A stretch of DNA of 37,674 nucleotides from Octopus sinensis (taxonomy: Eukaryota), in assembly GCF_006345805.1 (NCBI RefSeq), contig NW_021835828.1:1-37674 (forward strand). Reading direction: 5' to 3'. The notes below the pieces were generated by a model. That model was not told the origin of the DNA. It made no database searches and saw nothing but the letters and a program-made list of their open reading frames with translations. Made by a program: the position numbers and the translations under genes. Positions 35,010 to 37,674 of this stretch are shown here, one piece after another (position 1 is the first letter of the stretch; each line of letters starts with the position of its first letter).

Positions 35010-36110
35010 TGTTAATGAAAAGATTTTCGGAAGCAGTTTTGAGCATTTCCTTTGACGAAATCAGTTGGACGCCTGCAAAACTCCCCGTCAGGTTCGGATG
35101 GGCCGGTCTTCGCTCGCCTAAAGATCTGGCGCCACACGCGCATTTCTCTTCAATTTCCAGAAGCCGTCAACTTGTCCGAGAGGTTCTACTCCCCTTCAAC
35201 AAACTCTCTCTGGAGTTGCTGACCTCCTTAAATTCTGGACCAACTCCAACCTTCAGATCCCTTCTGAGATGTCCAGACAGAGGGATTGGGACGAGATCTG
35301 GGCAGCACACTCGTTCTCTACGCTCCAACCGGCCTTGGACAAACACCGCCAAGCGTGCTTGCTTTCTGCAGCACACGAGCATAGTGGATCCTGGCTCGAC
35401 GCTTACCCAACGTCATCGACGGGTTCCCTATTAGACAACGAAACACTGCGTATCGGAGTTGCTCTTCTGCTGGGGCTTGATGTCTTCGCCCCTCATCCCT
35501 GCCGATGCAAAAGTACGGTGGACGTGAAAGCCCTTCACCCCCTCTCCTGCCGCCGAAGCGCAGGCCGCTCGCCTCGCCATGGAGCAATCAAGGACATAAT
35601 CTCAAAAGCACTCAATGCTGCTGGCTTCCCCAATGTGCTAGAACCCGCCGGATTGGACAGAGGGGACGGCAAACGGTCGGATAAAATGACTACTTTCCCA
35701 TTCCGGAATGGCAATTGCCTCATCTGGGATGCCATGTGTGCAGACACGTGGTCCCCATCCGCCCTTTTGTCATCTGTTTCTTTTTCCGGCTTGGCCGCTG
35801 CTTTGGCGGAAGCCCGCAAAGTCGAAAAGTACAAGAATCTTGCCACTCGGCATTCCTTCGTGCCTCTGGGCTTTGGGACATCAGGCGTTTCCGGTCCGCT
35901 CACCTCATGCTTCATGAAAGACCTCGGTATCCTCATTACTCGGACGAAAATGGATGCTCGGAGTCCTCTTGGCTGAGGCAGAGGATCTCGCTTGCAATCG
36001 TGCGCGGCAACGCGCAAGCAATCCGTTCGACTGGACTTCTGCCCCGTCGCGCTCGCAGATCGAGCTTGGCCGCTCACTTCCTGACGTTGTTATTTTGATT
36101 AAACTGTTTA
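35010..36110 (+). mobile_element. 5'-truncated CRE-clade RLE non-LTR retrotransposon
   Basis: Thumb (KLPVRFGWAGLR), SGSWL..P......LD...LR, zinc knuckle (PCRC..HPLSC..RH), LEPAGLDRGDGKRSD, IWD..CAD, K.EKY, QRISLAIVRGNA. Frameshifted. Confidence 0.9.
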
Positions 36111-36212
36111 TAAAAACTATATTTATTATTTTCCGAGGTTGATAACAAGCCAAACATCTTTGTACTCGACAAATTGAGGAACACAATCAGTCTTATATAG
36201 ATTTTTTTCTAG

Positions 36213-36540
36213 ATCGCTGTTAAACTCGATTTCAAAAACGCTTTTGACAGCGTCAAGAGAGATCGAATTATTCAGACCTGCATCAAAGGGCCTCTTGGTC
36301 GATCCCAGTGGCTCGAGTATGGAGGGGATTCCGGCGACTTCTAAGGCTTTTCTGATGAGATCTTTTAGAGCATATGGCCAGCGCTGCGTTTACATGATAG
36401 CGCGTGTTGACCAAAGCGACAGATTTTCGCCCACAGCGGCAGAAATGTGGCTCACATAGGCGAAGACCGAGTCGTAAACAACTTCTATCCAGCCCAACCG
36501 GTTCGAGGATGACGGAACTCCCGCGGAGGTGAGAGCTCTC
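36213..36540. mobile_element. Scrambled CRE fragments: RT motif on + (36213-36287) fused to two RLE pieces on - (36288-36540)
   Basis: On +: IAVKLDFKNAFDSVKRD. On -: RALTSAGVP.ILEPVGLDR, then LRLCEPHFCRCG..GQHALSCKRSAG..LIRKALEVAGIPSILEP. Confidence 0.75.
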
Positions 36541-36632
36541 TGAGTTAAAAATTATTTCCTGTGAAAAGCACTGAGATTTTTAAAAAATTTCAATTCAGTC
36601 CTCATGTTCCTGAGTTATACAGTAAGATGGGC

Positions 36633-36890
36633 ATTTTACAGACGTACTTTTATGGGGTTTGAGAGATGCACATAACTCAACCATTAAACTTTCTTCCATT
36701 ATCGGAATTGATTATTAGCAAGACTTTGGAGTTTTTGAAAGTTGCAACCTTAACCATTGCATGCTTCAAAATTGAATCAATAACAACTAGAATCTAAAAT
36801 TTAATACTTCAAATAAATACTTAAGAATTTCCCGATATTATTGGCTTGATTGGTAGATTAGTTTCCAGCATCATTTCGATTGTCAGAAAG
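36633..36890 (-). repeat. Inverted copy of the 6702-6944 dispersed repeat
   Basis: Direct alignment by eye to 6702-6944. Confidence 0.85.
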
Positions 36891-37509
36891 GATAGTATCT
36901 AATCACAAACTCACAAGAATAGTAATTAAGTTGATTACGAAACTAGTTAGTTAGTTTAAAGTTCTTTCGCGTTGCCCTAGAAGAGTTTCGCTTGAGTCAT
37001 GCCTAGAGCCATCCTCCCCGCCATCTATTCGCACGTTCTTTTGTTTGTGGGTAAGTGTCTTTGGTCATCTATCGATTCAAGATTCGTCCGAAGCATAACA
37101 GTTGTCTACGTATTGAATGGCAATTTTCGCGGAGCAAAGCGACCAAGATTCAATGAAAAAGCCAGCTCGTCTTTTTCAGATTGATGGATAAATTGGATTG
37201 GGTTTTATCAAAGTTAGTTAATTCCAAAACTATACAAAGTATCATTTTAATTTTTCTAAAATAGCTGGCACTGATATTTTTAATATATAGAAAAAGAGGA
37301 AATTCGAGGGTCACTGCCACGATTTCAGCTTTTTCCTAAAAGAGTTTTGGATTCTATTAAAACCCTTAATAGAGATACAATATAAATTATATCGTATCTT
37401 AATAGAAACATCAATTCAAAGAACTTAAGTATTAATTAAATAATCTTCTCCTTTTGATCGATACATAACTTAAATTAATTTTTTTTGAGAGAAAACAAAT
37501 TAAGTTAGG

Positions 37510-37674
37510 AATGTACAGAGGGGAAACTCCGGGGGGATAAAGCACGCACCCTCCTGCGGAATAGCAACGAAACCTCGCGTTGCACTTTCGTCCTGTGGGC
37601 CAATTTCCTCCCGATGTCGCTGATGAAGGCCGAGGTTAGAGGCCCTGCGACCCCCGATGTTTCCAAAGCGATTG
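37510..37674 (-). mobile_element. CRE-clade RLE C-terminal fragment (continues beyond the window)
   Basis: IALETSGVAGPLTSAFISDIGRKLAHRTKVQRE aligns with GFGTSGVSGPLTSCFMKDLG of the copy at 35010. Confidence 0.75.

Noticed and set aside
35167-36186. Multiple overlapping ORFs of 60-180 aa on both strands
   Set aside because: These are shadow frames of the GC-rich CRE coding sequence.
36950-37200. Additional RLE C-terminal fragment on the - strand
   Set aside because: Only a weak resemblance (LGRFAP, GNAKEL) across several frameshifts; not supportable.
1-37674. tRNA, rRNA or snRNA genes
   Set aside because: No cloverleaf, rRNA signature or Sm-site snRNA was recognised by eye; a covariance-model scan would be needed to exclude them.

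Overview
This is AT-rich eukaryotic nuclear DNA, not prokaryotic, and it is dominated by decayed transposable elements. Its host genes have very small spliceosomal introns (22-30 nt). The divergent proteins, animal-like ZMAT2 and RPS3, and micro-introns suggest a reduced metazoan parasite (dicyemid-like; a myxozoan is not excluded). That assignment is inference. One housekeeping gene is intact: RPS3, 4 exons, 222 aa. A stand-alone 79-aa cathepsin-propeptide (I29, crammer/CTLA-2-like) inhibitor gene lies in both copies of a ~4.3-kb segmental duplication and has a candidate GA-AG micro-intron. ZMAT2/Snu23 is disrupted by an 803-bp hAT insertion and a TAG codon. A decayed glutamyl-tRNA synthetase gene lies next to it, and there is a probable second GluRS remnant. 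Mobile elements include a Merlin element whose transposase has four host-type micro-introns, a full-length Tigger/pogo, several Buster-type hATs, Tc1 and integrase remnants, LINEs, an R4-like RLE retroelement and many short 3' tips of CRE-clade retroelements. All identifications come from manual translation and motif recognition; no database searches were run.
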